DNA from: a virus
Length of the DNA stretch: 64,000 nucleotides
Direction: 5' to 3' (one strand)
Virus record (IMG/VR): IMGVR_UViG_3300042310_000541
Location: 1-64,000 of that record
Part shown: positions 1 through 8,786 of the stretch, piece after piece
Layout of the letters: every line of letters begins with the position of its first letter
How positions within the stretch are numbered: position 1 is the stretch's first letter
Notes under the pieces: generated by a model
The model's database searches: none
Seen by the model: the letters and a program-made list of their open reading frames with translations, nothing else
Told to the model about the DNA's origin: nothing
Program-made: the position numbers and the translations under genes

Positions 1-79
1 ACTTTCAAATCAAGATTTTCTAAAAATTAAGATGACCTTCAATCCTGAGGGCAGATCTTGTTATATTTAAATATATAAT

Positions 80-92
80 AATCAATAAGTTA
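80..92 (+). promoter_or_regulatory. IHF-consensus-like site (AATCAATAAGTTA = WATCAANNNNTTR) upstream of the first promoter
   Basis: Exact match to the enterobacterial IHF consensus, preceded by an AT tract; a chance match is plausible in AT-rich DNA. Confidence 0.3.
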
Positions 93-113
93 GACTATTT
101 TATTAAACTTTTA

Positions 114-145
114 TTTGTTTTATAACATTTAATGTTATACCTTTG
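114..145 (+). promoter_or_regulatory. Bacteroidota primary-sigma promoter (-33 TTTG, 20-nt spacer, -7 TACCTTTG)
   Basis: TTTG 114-117, TACCTTTG 138-145, ATG at 166. Confidence 0.8.
121..139. repeat. Perfect inverted repeat TATAACATT-T-AATGTTATA overlapping the promoter spacer (operator candidate)
   Basis: 9-bp arms with a 1-nt spacer, read directly from the sequence. Confidence 0.6.
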
Positions 146-165
146 TAGTTACAATACTTAAGGAT

Positions 166-336
166 ATGATTAAATTAACTGAAGAACAATTGGAAATTAT
201 AGAGGTCATAGGTTATACACCAAAACTTATTGAAGATAAAGAAGGAAAATCTGTGGTGGTGATGCTAGACTTTACTTCATTAACAGATGCTCAAAGAGAA
301 AAAGTGTCTATTATACTTAATAGAAATAAAGAATGA
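166..336 (+). CDS. Small hypothetical protein, 56 aa (MIKLTEEQLEIIEVIG...), absent from the ORF track
   Basis: ATG 20 nt after the promoter; its TGA overlaps the next ATG (ATGA at 333-336). Confidence 0.7.
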   Translation: MIKLTEEQLEIIEVIGYTPKLIEDKEGKSVVVMLDFTSLTDAQREKVSIILNRNKE

Positions 337-710
337 TTTTAAACATAACATTAAAGAAAGAGGATAATCTTTTTGAAGCTTATTTAAACTACATCAATCC
401 AATATTTAAGAACAATAAATTAACTGACTTAGAGATAAGGTTGTTAGCTAAATTGCTTGCTATAAAGGACCGGTATAAACAATTAGATAAAGAGAAACTT
501 GACAAGATCTTATTTGATAAAAAGACAAAGAGAGTGATAAGAGAAACACTTAAAATAAGTGAAGCTGTTTTTAATAATACAATGAAGACACTGAGGGCCA
601 AGAACTTTTTGAAATACGATAAGCTTATATTACCAGAAGTTCTACATCCAATTGTAGAAGACAATAGAATAAACATATCATTTACACTGATTAGAGATGG
701 ACAAGACTAA
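333..710 (+). CDS. Hypothetical protein, possible winged-helix DNA-binding protein
   Basis: LTDLEIRLLAKL...IRETLKISEAVFNNTMKTLRAKNFL resembles a wHTH; coupled to both neighbours. Confidence 0.5.
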   Translation: MILNITLKKEDNLFEAYLNYINPIFKNNKLTDLEIRLLAKLLAIKDRYKQLDKEKLDKILFDKKTKRVIRETLKISEAVFNNTMKTLRAKNFLKYDKLILPEVLHPIVEDNRINISFTLIRDGQD

Positions 711-957
711 AGAACTTGTAATAAAAGAATTGTCTGATAAATATAAGCTACCTGAAGAGGTAATACTCAATATGGTAGACAGCCAAGGCTCTTTTGTTAT
801 TGAAGCTCTAAAAGAATTTAAAGAAACAAAAAACTATAAAGTCATACTGCTTCCTAAATTTGGAAAGTTTGCACCTAGTTATAGAAAAATAAAAATGTAT
901 GAAATTAATAAAAATAATAAAAGCTTATTGGAACTACATAACAAAACCAATGAATAA
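697..957 (+). CDS. HU/IHF-like DNA-binding protein
   Basis: VIKELSDKYKLPEEVI...VILLPKFGKF is the HU/IHF pattern; IHF-like genes are typical of crAss-like phages. Confidence 0.7.
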   Translation: MDKTKELVIKELSDKYKLPEEVILNMVDSQGSFVIEALKEFKETKNYKVILLPKFGKFAPSYRKIKMYEINKNNKSLLELHNKTNE

Positions 958-1120
958 AGAAATTAAAAAAGAAAGACTTGATATATGCAAGAATTGTGAA
1001 TACAATAGCACACAAGGATTAATAACAAAAATATCTAAGTGTAAAAGTTGTGGATGCATATTAAATGTAAAAGCTAATGATTTAGAAAGTAAATGCCCGA
1101 AAGACAAATGGAAAAATTAA
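899..1120 (+). CDS. Small Cys-rich putative zinc-binding protein (DUF6171-like)
   Basis: RLDICKNC...CKSCGC...CPKDKW. Confidence 0.65.
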   Translation: MKLIKIIKAYWNYITKPMNKEIKKERLDICKNCEYNSTQGLITKISKCKSCGCILNVKANDLESKCPKDKWKN

Positions 1121-1512
1121 TTATAGATTGCTATATTCCTGAAGGATATGTTCTTTCAAAGAATTCAACAAAGACAGAGATAATATTAGATAATAACTTT
1201 TTAGAATACAGTATAAATATTATACTGAAGGGATACAGAAAGGAAGATAAATTCATTGATCCTATTCTTAATTCTATTCAAGGTCAAGATAAAATTGATT
1301 TTAAAACAATGAATAAAGAAGATGGAATCTTGCAAAAAGATTTTATATATGATTTAAGCTGTGCAACATTACTTTATGATAAGGCCGGAGAAGATGATAA
1401 AGATATTTACGTTTATAAAATAGCAATAAATGAAATAGATATTATATTTGATAATGAAGAAAAAATGAAAGAAATTTACAATAAAATTAAAAATTGGTTT
1501 AAAAATAAATAA
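1093..1512 (+). CDS. Hypothetical protein (start may be the ATG at 1108)
   Basis: ORF fits the operon; no motif recognised. Confidence 0.6.
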   Translation: MPERQMEKLIIDCYIPEGYVLSKNSTKTEIILDNNFLEYSINIILKGYRKEDKFIDPILNSIQGQDKIDFKTMNKEDGILQKDFIYDLSCATLLYDKAGEDDKDIYVYKIAINEIDIIFDNEEKMKEIYNKIKNWFKNK

Positions 1513-1513
1513 A

Positions 1514-1816
1514 ATGGAAACAAAAGTAAAATTTAATTATGTGCCTTATGGCAATGGAGTAATAATAGAGTTTAATCCTCCAAAAAAAGAAACAGAAAGT
1601 GGTATATACTTACCAGACACAGTAGATGCAAAGGAATTGTTAGGAACTGAATACACAGGAGATATTGTAGTTTCAGTTGGACCTGAGTGCAGACAAGTTG
1701 TTGTAGGAGATAAGGTTTATTTTAATATGCAAATGACACCAATTCCACTTAAGTTAGATGGCAAGTTTTACTTGTTATACAAAGAGCAGCATATTGATTT
1801 AATTGAAACAAAGTAA
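1514..1816 (+). CDS. groES: Co-chaperonin GroES (Cpn10)-like protein
   Basis: P-x-G-x-x-V-I-I, mobile loop KETESGIYLPD, VVSVGP, VVVGDKV; 100 aa. Confidence 0.85.
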   Translation: METKVKFNYVPYGNGVIIEFNPPKKETESGIYLPDTVDAKELLGTEYTGDIVVSVGPECRQVVVGDKVYFNMQMTPIPLKLDGKFYLLYKEQHIDLIETK

Positions 1817-2034
1817 TGGAAGCAAAGCCTCAAAAAGAAACACTATTAGATGATGAAGTAAGCTACAATCTTAAAAAGAAGATAATAGACAGACTTGTGA
1901 AAGATAGGCATGTTGATCTTGATGAGGCTTTGATTTTATTTACAGAACCTAAGATTATAATTAATAGACAACCAAAGACATTTGTAGAAGCTGAATTAAA
2001 TACAATGATGGTTAAAAAACAAAGATCATATTAA
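1816..2034 (+). CDS. Hypothetical protein
   Basis: TAATG coupling with groES. Confidence 0.6.
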   Translation: MEAKPQKETLLDDEVSYNLKKKIIDRLVKDRHVDLDEALILFTEPKIIINRQPKTFVEAELNTMMVKKQRSY

Positions 2035-2035
2035 T

Positions 2036-2578
2036 ATGCAATTATTTACAATACAAAATCATTATCCATACATTTCAACTGAAGCATTGTTAATACCTGC
2101 TTTTAGTAATTTATGGAATAGAGATAAAACAAAGGATAAGTCTGTAGCTACAAAAGAATTAGCATATGTTTACTTTATGTCTGATTATAAAAGTATCTAC
2201 AATAATTATCCTAGTGATATGAAAGAAGAAGCTGTTGTTAAAGATTTATTTGCTGGAAAATACTCAGCTGATAAATTAGTTTATGAAGCAATAGATAAGT
2301 ACCAAGACTTGCAAGATACTTTTGCAACAAGGTTTTTAAAGTCAGCAAGAGGGGCAGCTGAAAAGACAATGAATTACTTTGATAACATAGACTACACTGA
2401 GAAAGACAAAAAGGATAATCTTGTTTACAAAGTAAAAGAGGTTACTCAGGCATTAAAGGATTGTGGTTCTATTATTGAAGCTCTTGATAAACTTGTTGAA
2501 AGATCTAATAAAGAACAAGGACTTAAAGAATCTAAACAACGAGGTGGTGGAACCGGTGGTTTTTTTGAAGATAAATAA
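2036..2578 (+). CDS. Conserved protein upstream of TerL, terminase small subunit candidate
   Basis: Position and TAATG coupling to TerL; helical, 180 aa. Confidence 0.5.
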   Translation: MQLFTIQNHYPYISTEALLIPAFSNLWNRDKTKDKSVATKELAYVYFMSDYKSIYNNYPSDMKEEAVVKDLFAGKYSADKLVYEAIDKYQDLQDTFATRFLKSARGAAEKTMNYFDNIDYTEKDKKDNLVYKVKEVTQALKDCGSIIEALDKLVERSNKEQGLKESKQRGGGTGGFFEDK

Positions 2579-4647
2579 TGAACATAGCAGATATTTCTGA
2601 GTGGACCTCAGCTAGACAACATTTTGAAGAGTTTGGAACTTATACTAAATTGTTACCTGGTAGTAAATCTTGGGTTTCATTTTGGGAAGAAGAAAGAAAA
2701 AGATGTAAGTTTGGTTATCATACTGGAAGAGATTTTATTCCTGGTTATTTTTATGACTATCTTAATTTTAATCCTATCTTAAAAGTAGAAGAAATAAAAG
2801 AAGAAAAAACTGAAAGTGGAATAATACTTCTAAATAAAGATATTGTTGATATAGGACAGATAAAAGCAGAAAGGATTGAAGGGTTTCCAACATTTTGGGA
2901 TGGAGATTATGATTGGTTTCATTATTTAGATAATGCAGAAAAGTCTGGAGAGCATGCAATGTTAGCAGGATCCAGGGGTAGAGGTAAAAGTTTTAAAGCT
3001 GCATCAATGATGTGCAGGAATTATTATCACTTTGAAAAGTCTAAATCTTATGCATTTGCTTATTCATTAGAGTTCTTAACAGGTGATGGTATTATAACTA
3101 AAGCTTGGGACTCTATGGATTTTAGAGATACATACACTCCTTGGGGTAAAAGAAGACAATACAAGAATACAGATTTACATAGAAGAAGTTCTTATCAGGA
3201 AATTGATGGAGATGGCCTTAAGATAGAAAAAGGTTGGAAGTCTGAGATAATGGGAATTACTGTTGGAGATGATGTTCAGAAAGTCCGTGGTAAAAGGGGT
3301 AAACTTATTATAATAGAGGAGGCCGGTAATTTTAGAAACTTAACTACCATTCCAACTATTCTAAAGCCTTCAATGCAGCAAGGCAAGAAAACATTTGGTT
3401 TAATATTGTATCAAGGAACAGGTGGAACAACAGGAGCAGCTAGTTCTGGATTTGAAGAATTATTTAGAAACCCTAGAGCTTACTCAATATTTCCAATAAC
3501 TAACAAGTGGGAGCCTGGAAGAGAAAGTTCTGAGATAGGATACTTCTGGCCATCATCAATAAACTTTGATGGAGCGTATGACGAAAAGACAGGTGAAAGC
3601 AATATTGAATTAGCTACAAAATATATAAATGAAGCCAGGGCTATTGCAGCAAAAGCAGCAGATCCAAATACCTTAGCAAGAACAAAGGCTGAAGATCCAT
3701 TAACTCCAGGTGAAATGCTAATGAGAATTAGTGGAACACAATTTCCTGTTGGTTTGTTAAAGGAGCAAGAAGCTGAAGTTTTTACTAAACCACATTTATA
3801 TAAAGATGCAGATTATTATATAAAGTTTCAGTTAAATAAAGAAACACAAAAGTTTGAAGCTAAGAATGACTTTGAAGCTGTTCCTATTTTAAAGTTTCCA
3901 CATTCTGACAATAAAAACATGCCAGGATGCTTTACAATATTTGAACATCCACAAGGAACATATGGTAATTTTGGAACAAGGTATGTTGCAGGAATAGATA
4001 GTTATGACTTTGATGAATCAACAACTACATCTTTAGGATCAATGTTTATTGGTGACTTATATACAAAAAGAATAGTAGCTGAGTACACAGGTAGACCACA
4101 AACATCAAAAGAGTTTTATGAAACTTGCAGACAGGGTTTAATGTATTATGAAGCTGTTGCTAATATTGAAAATAGTAACATAGGTATATTTAACTATTTT
4201 GACAGTAAGAATTGTGGGTATATGATTTGTGATGAACTATCTTTGATAAAAGAAGTAAATGAATCTTTAAAGATAAACTCTAAATCAACAAGAAGAAGAG
4301 GTTTTACTCCTAATGAAAAAATAAATCAAACAGCCAGAGGAATGATTGCAGAATACTTAAAGTCATCAACTAACAATCCAGATCTACCTGAAGAGTTGTT
4401 TGTGCATAAGTTTAGATCTTTGCCGGCAATTCAAGAAATGATACTTTGGAATTTAGATGGTAACTTTGATAGAGTTTCTGCGTTAGGTGCATTGTTATTA
4501 ATAATGAATGACAGACTTAAATACCCAATAGAAGAAAGCTACAAAAAAGAAACATTAGATCCATTTTTTACAAGGCATTTAAAAAACAAACCAAACTTTA
4601 GCTATACACAGGGAGGTTTAATTCTTCCAGATGCATTTATAAGATAA
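2578..4647 (+). CDS. terL: Terminase large subunit
   Basis: Walker A GSRGRGKS, Walker B LIIIEEAG, GTGG coupling motif, nuclease motifs GIDSYD and GNFDRVSA; directly precedes portal. Confidence 0.92.
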   Translation: MNIADISEWTSARQHFEEFGTYTKLLPGSKSWVSFWEEERKRCKFGYHTGRDFIPGYFYDYLNFNPILKVEEIKEEKTESGIILLNKDIVDIGQIKAERIEGFPTFWDGDYDWFHYLDNAEKSGEHAMLAGSRGRGKSFKAASMMCRNYYHFEKSKSYAFAYSLEFLTGDGIITKAWDSMDFRDTYTPWGKRRQYKNTDLHRRSSYQEIDGDGLKIEKGWKSEIMGITVGDDVQKVRGKRGKLIIIEEAGNFRNLTTIPTILKPSMQQGKKTFGLILYQGTGGTTGAASSGFEELFRNPRAYSIFPITNKWEPGRESSEIGYFWPSSINFDGAYDEKTGESNIELATKYINEARAIAAKAADPNTLARTKAEDPLTPGEMLMRISGTQFPVGLLKEQEAEVFTKPHLYKDADYYIKFQLNKETQKFEAKNDFEAVPILKFPHSDNKNMPGCFTIFEHPQGTYGNFGTRYVAGIDSYDFDESTTTSLGSMFIGDLYTKRIVAEYTGRPQTSKEFYETCRQGLMYYEAVANIENSNIGIFNYFDSKNCGYMICDELSLIKEVNESLKINSKSTRRRGFTPNEKINQTARGMIAEYLKSSTNNPDLPEELFVHKFRSLPAIQEMILWNLDGNFDRVSALGALLLIMNDRLKYPIEESYKKETLDPFFTRHLKNKPNFSYTQGGLILPDAFIR

Positions 4648-4657
4648 TAATTTTATT

Positions 4658-4665
4658 TATATTTG
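4658..4665 (+). promoter_or_regulatory. Possible -7 element TATATTTG upstream of portal
   Basis: TAnnTTTG match in the intergenic gap; no good -33 element. Confidence 0.4.
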
Positions 4666-4682
4666 TTATATTTTTATACAAC

Positions 4683-7232
4683 ATGAACTTTACTAGTTTT
4701 AAAAATTTACCTAAACAGGCTATACCGGATAGTGAAAAAGATGAGACGTGGGGCAAAGACTCAGTTGATGCTTGCGAAGGACTTGTCTTGCTATTCAATG
4801 ATACAATAAGAGAGTCAAGATTAAACAAGCAAATAAATTATAATCTTTACAACGGAATACTTAGCAAGGCTGATCTTGAGAAAATGTCAAATCCTTACGG
4901 ATTGCAAGGTCAGACATTTCCTATTAGTCCAAGAAATCTTCCAATATCAAATCCTTATTTTAAAAAATTATTAGGAGAAGAATATAAAAGAAGATTTGAC
5001 TGGCACTTATCTATTGTAAATGAAGATGCAGCTAGTGAGAAACTTGCAGAAAAAAAGCAAATAGTATCAGATGTAGTAACATCAATATTTCAAGAGCAGC
5101 TTCAATTAACTGAAGAACAAAGAGCAGATCCTGAAGTTGCAAAGCAAATAGAAGCTCAATTGCAAGATGCATTAGCAAGAGCTAAGTCTTGGAGACAAGA
5201 AAGAGAAGAGGGTTGTACTAGTATGTTAGAGTATTATGAAAGACAACTTGATTTAAAGACTTTGTTTAATAATGGATATGAAGATGCATTAATTGCAGGA
5301 GAAGAAATATATTGTATTGATGAAGTAAACAATGAGCCGGTAGTAAGAAGATGTAATCCATTGATGACATACTATTTAACTAATCCACATTCTCATTATG
5401 TTGAAGATTCAGACATTGTAGTAGAAGAACAATATGTACCACTGGGAGAAGTTGTTGATAGATATTATAGATTTTTAAAGCCTGATGAAATAGCAGAGCT
5501 TGAAAAAATGAATTTTAATGGTGGTGTTAGAAGTAACAATGGACCATTTGTAAATTATTCAGAAGGAATAACCTGGGCAGATCCTGATTCAGGAATGGAA
5601 TTTGGAGCTATAAAAACAAATATGTCAACTGACTTTAATAACATTAGAGTTGTAAGATGTGTTTGGAGATCAATTAGACAAATATCAATATTGCATTATT
5701 TAGATGAAGAAGGCAATGAGGTTGAAGAACCAATAGCTGCTTCATATAAACCAAACAAAGCTTTAGGAGAGTGGACTGAAAAAATTAACATAGGTGAGTT
5801 TTGGGAAGGAACAAAGATAGCTAATAAATACTATGTTAAAGTTCAACCAAGATCAACTCAATTTAGAAGATTAAACAATATATCTCATTGCCAATCAGGA
5901 TACATTGGATCAATATATAATACAAATTCATCTAAAGCTTTAAGCTTAATGGATATTATAAAGCCATACCAATACTCTATCATAACCATGGCTTACAGAA
6001 CTGAATTAGCTTTTATGAAATCTAAAGGTAAAATTGGTTTTGTTGATAAGGCTTGGATTCCAGATGGAATGGAAATGGACTCATGGATGTATTTTGCAGA
6101 AATGATGGGTTGGGCTGTAATTGATTCTTTTAAAGAAGGAAAGAAAGGAGCCTCTATGGGTAAACTAGCAGGATCAAATGCAACAAGATCTGATTCTATG
6201 AATTTAGAAATGGGCAATTACATTCAGCAGCATATAAACTATATGCAATACCTTGAAGGACAGATTGAAAAAGTCACAGGTATTAATGATGCTAGAAAAG
6301 GAAACATAGCTTCTTCTGCAGGACTTGGAGTAACACAACAGGCACAAGAAGCTTCATCTGAAATGACTGAACAATACTTTAGAATTCATGACAATGTAAA
6401 GCTAAGAGTAATGTCAGCATTGCTTGAGACTTGTAAATTCTGTTTAAGAAATGGAAATAAAACATTTCAATATATATTAAGCGACATGACTTCAAAGATA
6501 TTCTCTATTGATGGAGAGTCAATAAATGAAGCTGAATATGGGTTAATGATGTCTGATGCTACAAATGATGCAGATACATTAAACATATTAAAGAGAGCTA
6601 TGGAGATGGCAATTCAAACTGGAAAAGTTGATGCTAATCAATTGTTAGCTATAACAAGCAATTCTTCAATGTCTGCTATTAAGCATAAATTAAAGCAAAC
6701 AATAGATGATCAGAACAAACAAGCCCAGGCAAATATAGAAGCAGAGCAAAAGGCCAGATCTGAAGAAGCTAAAGCTAGAATGGATTATCAAAATTCATTA
6801 TTGCAGTTAGAGTATGACAAGTTAGATAGAGATGATTTAAATAAACAACTTGACAGAGAGCTTGATATACAACTTGAAGAAATAAAAGCATATGCATTTG
6901 ATGAGGGTCCAAATCCTGTAGATATAAGTAATGCAGCTAATCAAGCATTAAAGCAACAGGAGATTAATCTAAAGCATTTGAATGAACAGTCTAAACTATC
7001 TGAGATACAAAGACAAAGAGATCAAGACAGAATGCTTAAAGAAAAAGAACTTCAACTAAAGAAAGATATTGAAGACAAAAAGATCAAAGCAATTGAAGTT
7101 CAGAATAAGTCTCAAGAACTTATAAATAAAGAAAATGTAAAAATTAAAGAAAAAGAATTAATTGCTAAAGAAAAAATAGAAAAATTAAAATTGCTAGCAG
7201 CAAAAGCTAAAGCTTCAAAAATTAAGAAATAA
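4683..7232 (+). CDS. Portal protein
   Basis: 849 aa after TerL; crAss-portal-like N-terminus (LPKQAIPDSEKDETW, INYNLYNG) and long coiled-coil C-terminus. Confidence 0.88.
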   Translation: MNFTSFKNLPKQAIPDSEKDETWGKDSVDACEGLVLLFNDTIRESRLNKQINYNLYNGILSKADLEKMSNPYGLQGQTFPISPRNLPISNPYFKKLLGEEYKRRFDWHLSIVNEDAASEKLAEKKQIVSDVVTSIFQEQLQLTEEQRADPEVAKQIEAQLQDALARAKSWRQEREEGCTSMLEYYERQLDLKTLFNNGYEDALIAGEEIYCIDEVNNEPVVRRCNPLMTYYLTNPHSHYVEDSDIVVEEQYVPLGEVVDRYYRFLKPDEIAELEKMNFNGGVRSNNGPFVNYSEGITWADPDSGMEFGAIKTNMSTDFNNIRVVRCVWRSIRQISILHYLDEEGNEVEEPIAASYKPNKALGEWTEKINIGEFWEGTKIANKYYVKVQPRSTQFRRLNNISHCQSGYIGSIYNTNSSKALSLMDIIKPYQYSIITMAYRTELAFMKSKGKIGFVDKAWIPDGMEMDSWMYFAEMMGWAVIDSFKEGKKGASMGKLAGSNATRSDSMNLEMGNYIQQHINYMQYLEGQIEKVTGINDARKGNIASSAGLGVTQQAQEASSEMTEQYFRIHDNVKLRVMSALLETCKFCLRNGNKTFQYILSDMTSKIFSIDGESINEAEYGLMMSDATNDADTLNILKRAMEMAIQTGKVDANQLLAITSNSSMSAIKHKLKQTIDDQNKQAQANIEAEQKARSEEAKARMDYQNSLLQLEYDKLDRDDLNKQLDRELDIQLEEIKAYAFDEGPNPVDISNAANQALKQQEINLKHLNEQSKLSEIQRQRDQDRMLKEKELQLKKDIEDKKIKAIEVQNKSQELINKENVKIKEKELIAKEKIEKLKLLAAKAKASKIKK

Positions 7233-7618
7233 TGATAAGACAAATAGATTTACCAATATATGAACAAGAAGTTCATTTAGTTTTAGGAGAAACATCAATT
7301 AGTTGTTGCAATTTAATAAATGACTCTCATGTAAATGAAGATAAGATAGAACCAATAGACTGCAGAGGTTTCTTTTGGGAAACAAATTATAAGTACAGAG
7401 GAATACTAAAGAAAAGATTTTACATAGCATTATCTAAACATGAGTTAGAAAATACAACATTAGAACATGAGGTAATTCATTTAACCTGGTCAGTACTTGA
7501 CAATGTCGGTGTTAAAATAAACTCAAACAATCATGAAGCTTTTGCATATTTGTTTGAATATTTGTTAAAATCATTTAGAAGTAAAATCAAAGAATTAGCT
7601 ATAGACAAGAATAAATAA
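7232..7618 (+). CDS. Small zincin-like metallopeptidase
   Basis: LEHEVIH plus downstream NHEAFAY third-ligand motif. Confidence 0.6.
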   Translation: MIRQIDLPIYEQEVHLVLGETSISCCNLINDSHVNEDKIEPIDCRGFFWETNYKYRGILKKRFYIALSKHELENTTLEHEVIHLTWSVLDNVGVKINSNNHEAFAYLFEYLLKSFRSKIKELAIDKNK

Positions 7619-7629
7619 ATTTACAAACC

Positions 7630-7661
7630 CTTGCAGATGTAAAATAACATTAAGACATTTG
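7630..7661 (+). promoter_or_regulatory. Probable Bacteroidota-type promoter (CTTG-N20-GACATTTG)
   Basis: Correct spacing, one mismatch in the -7 element; ATG at 7678. Confidence 0.5.
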
Positions 7662-7677
7662 TATAATAATTTTAATT

Positions 7678-8757
7678 ATGCCGACAGAAGAAGAGGATTT
7701 TTTTAAAAACTTAGGAATTGAAGTTGAAGAAGACAGTTCATCAAAAAACATTGCTGATGAAGAGAATAAGGGAAAAAGCCCTGAAGAAATTGAAAGTGAA
7801 AAAATTACAGAAGAACCTACTCAAGTAGAAGAAACAAAAAAAGAGGAAGAAGAAGATAGTACTAGTTCTAATATATATTCAGGAATAGTAGATCTTATAA
7901 AAGAAGAAGCAGGCTTGTTTGCAAATTTTGATAAAAAAATTGAAAAGCCGGAAGATTTAATTGAAGGAATTAGATTTGAGATATTAGAAGGAATTGAAGA
8001 TTACAAAAATTCTTTACCAAAAGAATTTAAACAAATAATTGAAGGAGCTGAATCTGGAGTTGATTGGACTACAATGAAAGCTATAAAGGCAAATGAGGTA
8101 AAGTTAAATGCAGTATCTGAATTAGACATTGAGGAAAATGAAGATATAGCAAGAGACATTTTTATTGCTCATTTAAAAGCTACTACCAATTGGAATGAAT
8201 CTAAAATTAAAAAAGAGTGTCAGAAAGCAATAGATTTAGAAGAATTAGTTGACAGAGCTAAAGAAGGTCTGGATGAACTAAAACAGATAAATGCAGAAGA
8301 CGAAAGAAGAGTAGTTGAAGAAGCTAGAAATAGAGCAAAAAGAGAACAAGAGGATCTTAAGCAGAGTTTAATAAATCTTAAAAAAGATGTGTATGAAACA
8401 AAAGACTTAATTCCAAATGTAAAACTTTCAGACAAAGACAAAGCTGACTTGTTTACACAAATGACAAAACCTGTTGAGTTTGACAGTTATGGAAATGGAA
8501 TAAGTAAAGTACAAGCTATTAGAGAAAAAAATCCTGTTCAGTTTGAGAAGATGTTAAATCTTTTAGTTATGAAAGGAGTGTTTGATGAAAAGCCTAATTT
8601 TGATTTTATAGTAAAACCTACTAAAACAAATACAATTAAGAAGCTTGAAGAAACAGCACAAAGAGAACTAGAATTAAGAAAATCAGGTCAGTTTAAAAAT
8701 ATAGAGAAATCAAATTTTGCTGATCAATTAGGAAAAAGCCTTGGAGTAAAGGATTAA
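7678..8757 (+). CDS. Conserved crAss-like acidic protein upstream of MCP (scaffold candidate)
   Basis: Acidic, disordered N-terminus and coiled coil; syntenic position between portal and MCP. Confidence 0.65.
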   Translation: MPTEEEDFFKNLGIEVEEDSSSKNIADEENKGKSPEEIESEKITEEPTQVEETKKEEEEDSTSSNIYSGIVDLIKEEAGLFANFDKKIEKPEDLIEGIRFEILEGIEDYKNSLPKEFKQIIEGAESGVDWTTMKAIKANEVKLNAVSELDIEENEDIARDIFIAHLKATTNWNESKIKKECQKAIDLEELVDRAKEGLDELKQINAEDERRVVEEARNRAKREQEDLKQSLINLKKDVYETKDLIPNVKLSDKDKADLFTQMTKPVEFDSYGNGISKVQAIREKNPVQFEKMLNLLVMKGVFDEKPNFDFIVKPTKTNTIKKLEETAQRELELRKSGQFKNIEKSNFADQLGKSLGVKD

Positions 8758-8786
8758 TATAAACAATAAAAACAAATAAATAAAAA

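Noticed and set aside
29-59. Weak hairpin near the window start
   Set aside because: Imperfect stem with no clear U tract; upstream context is missing
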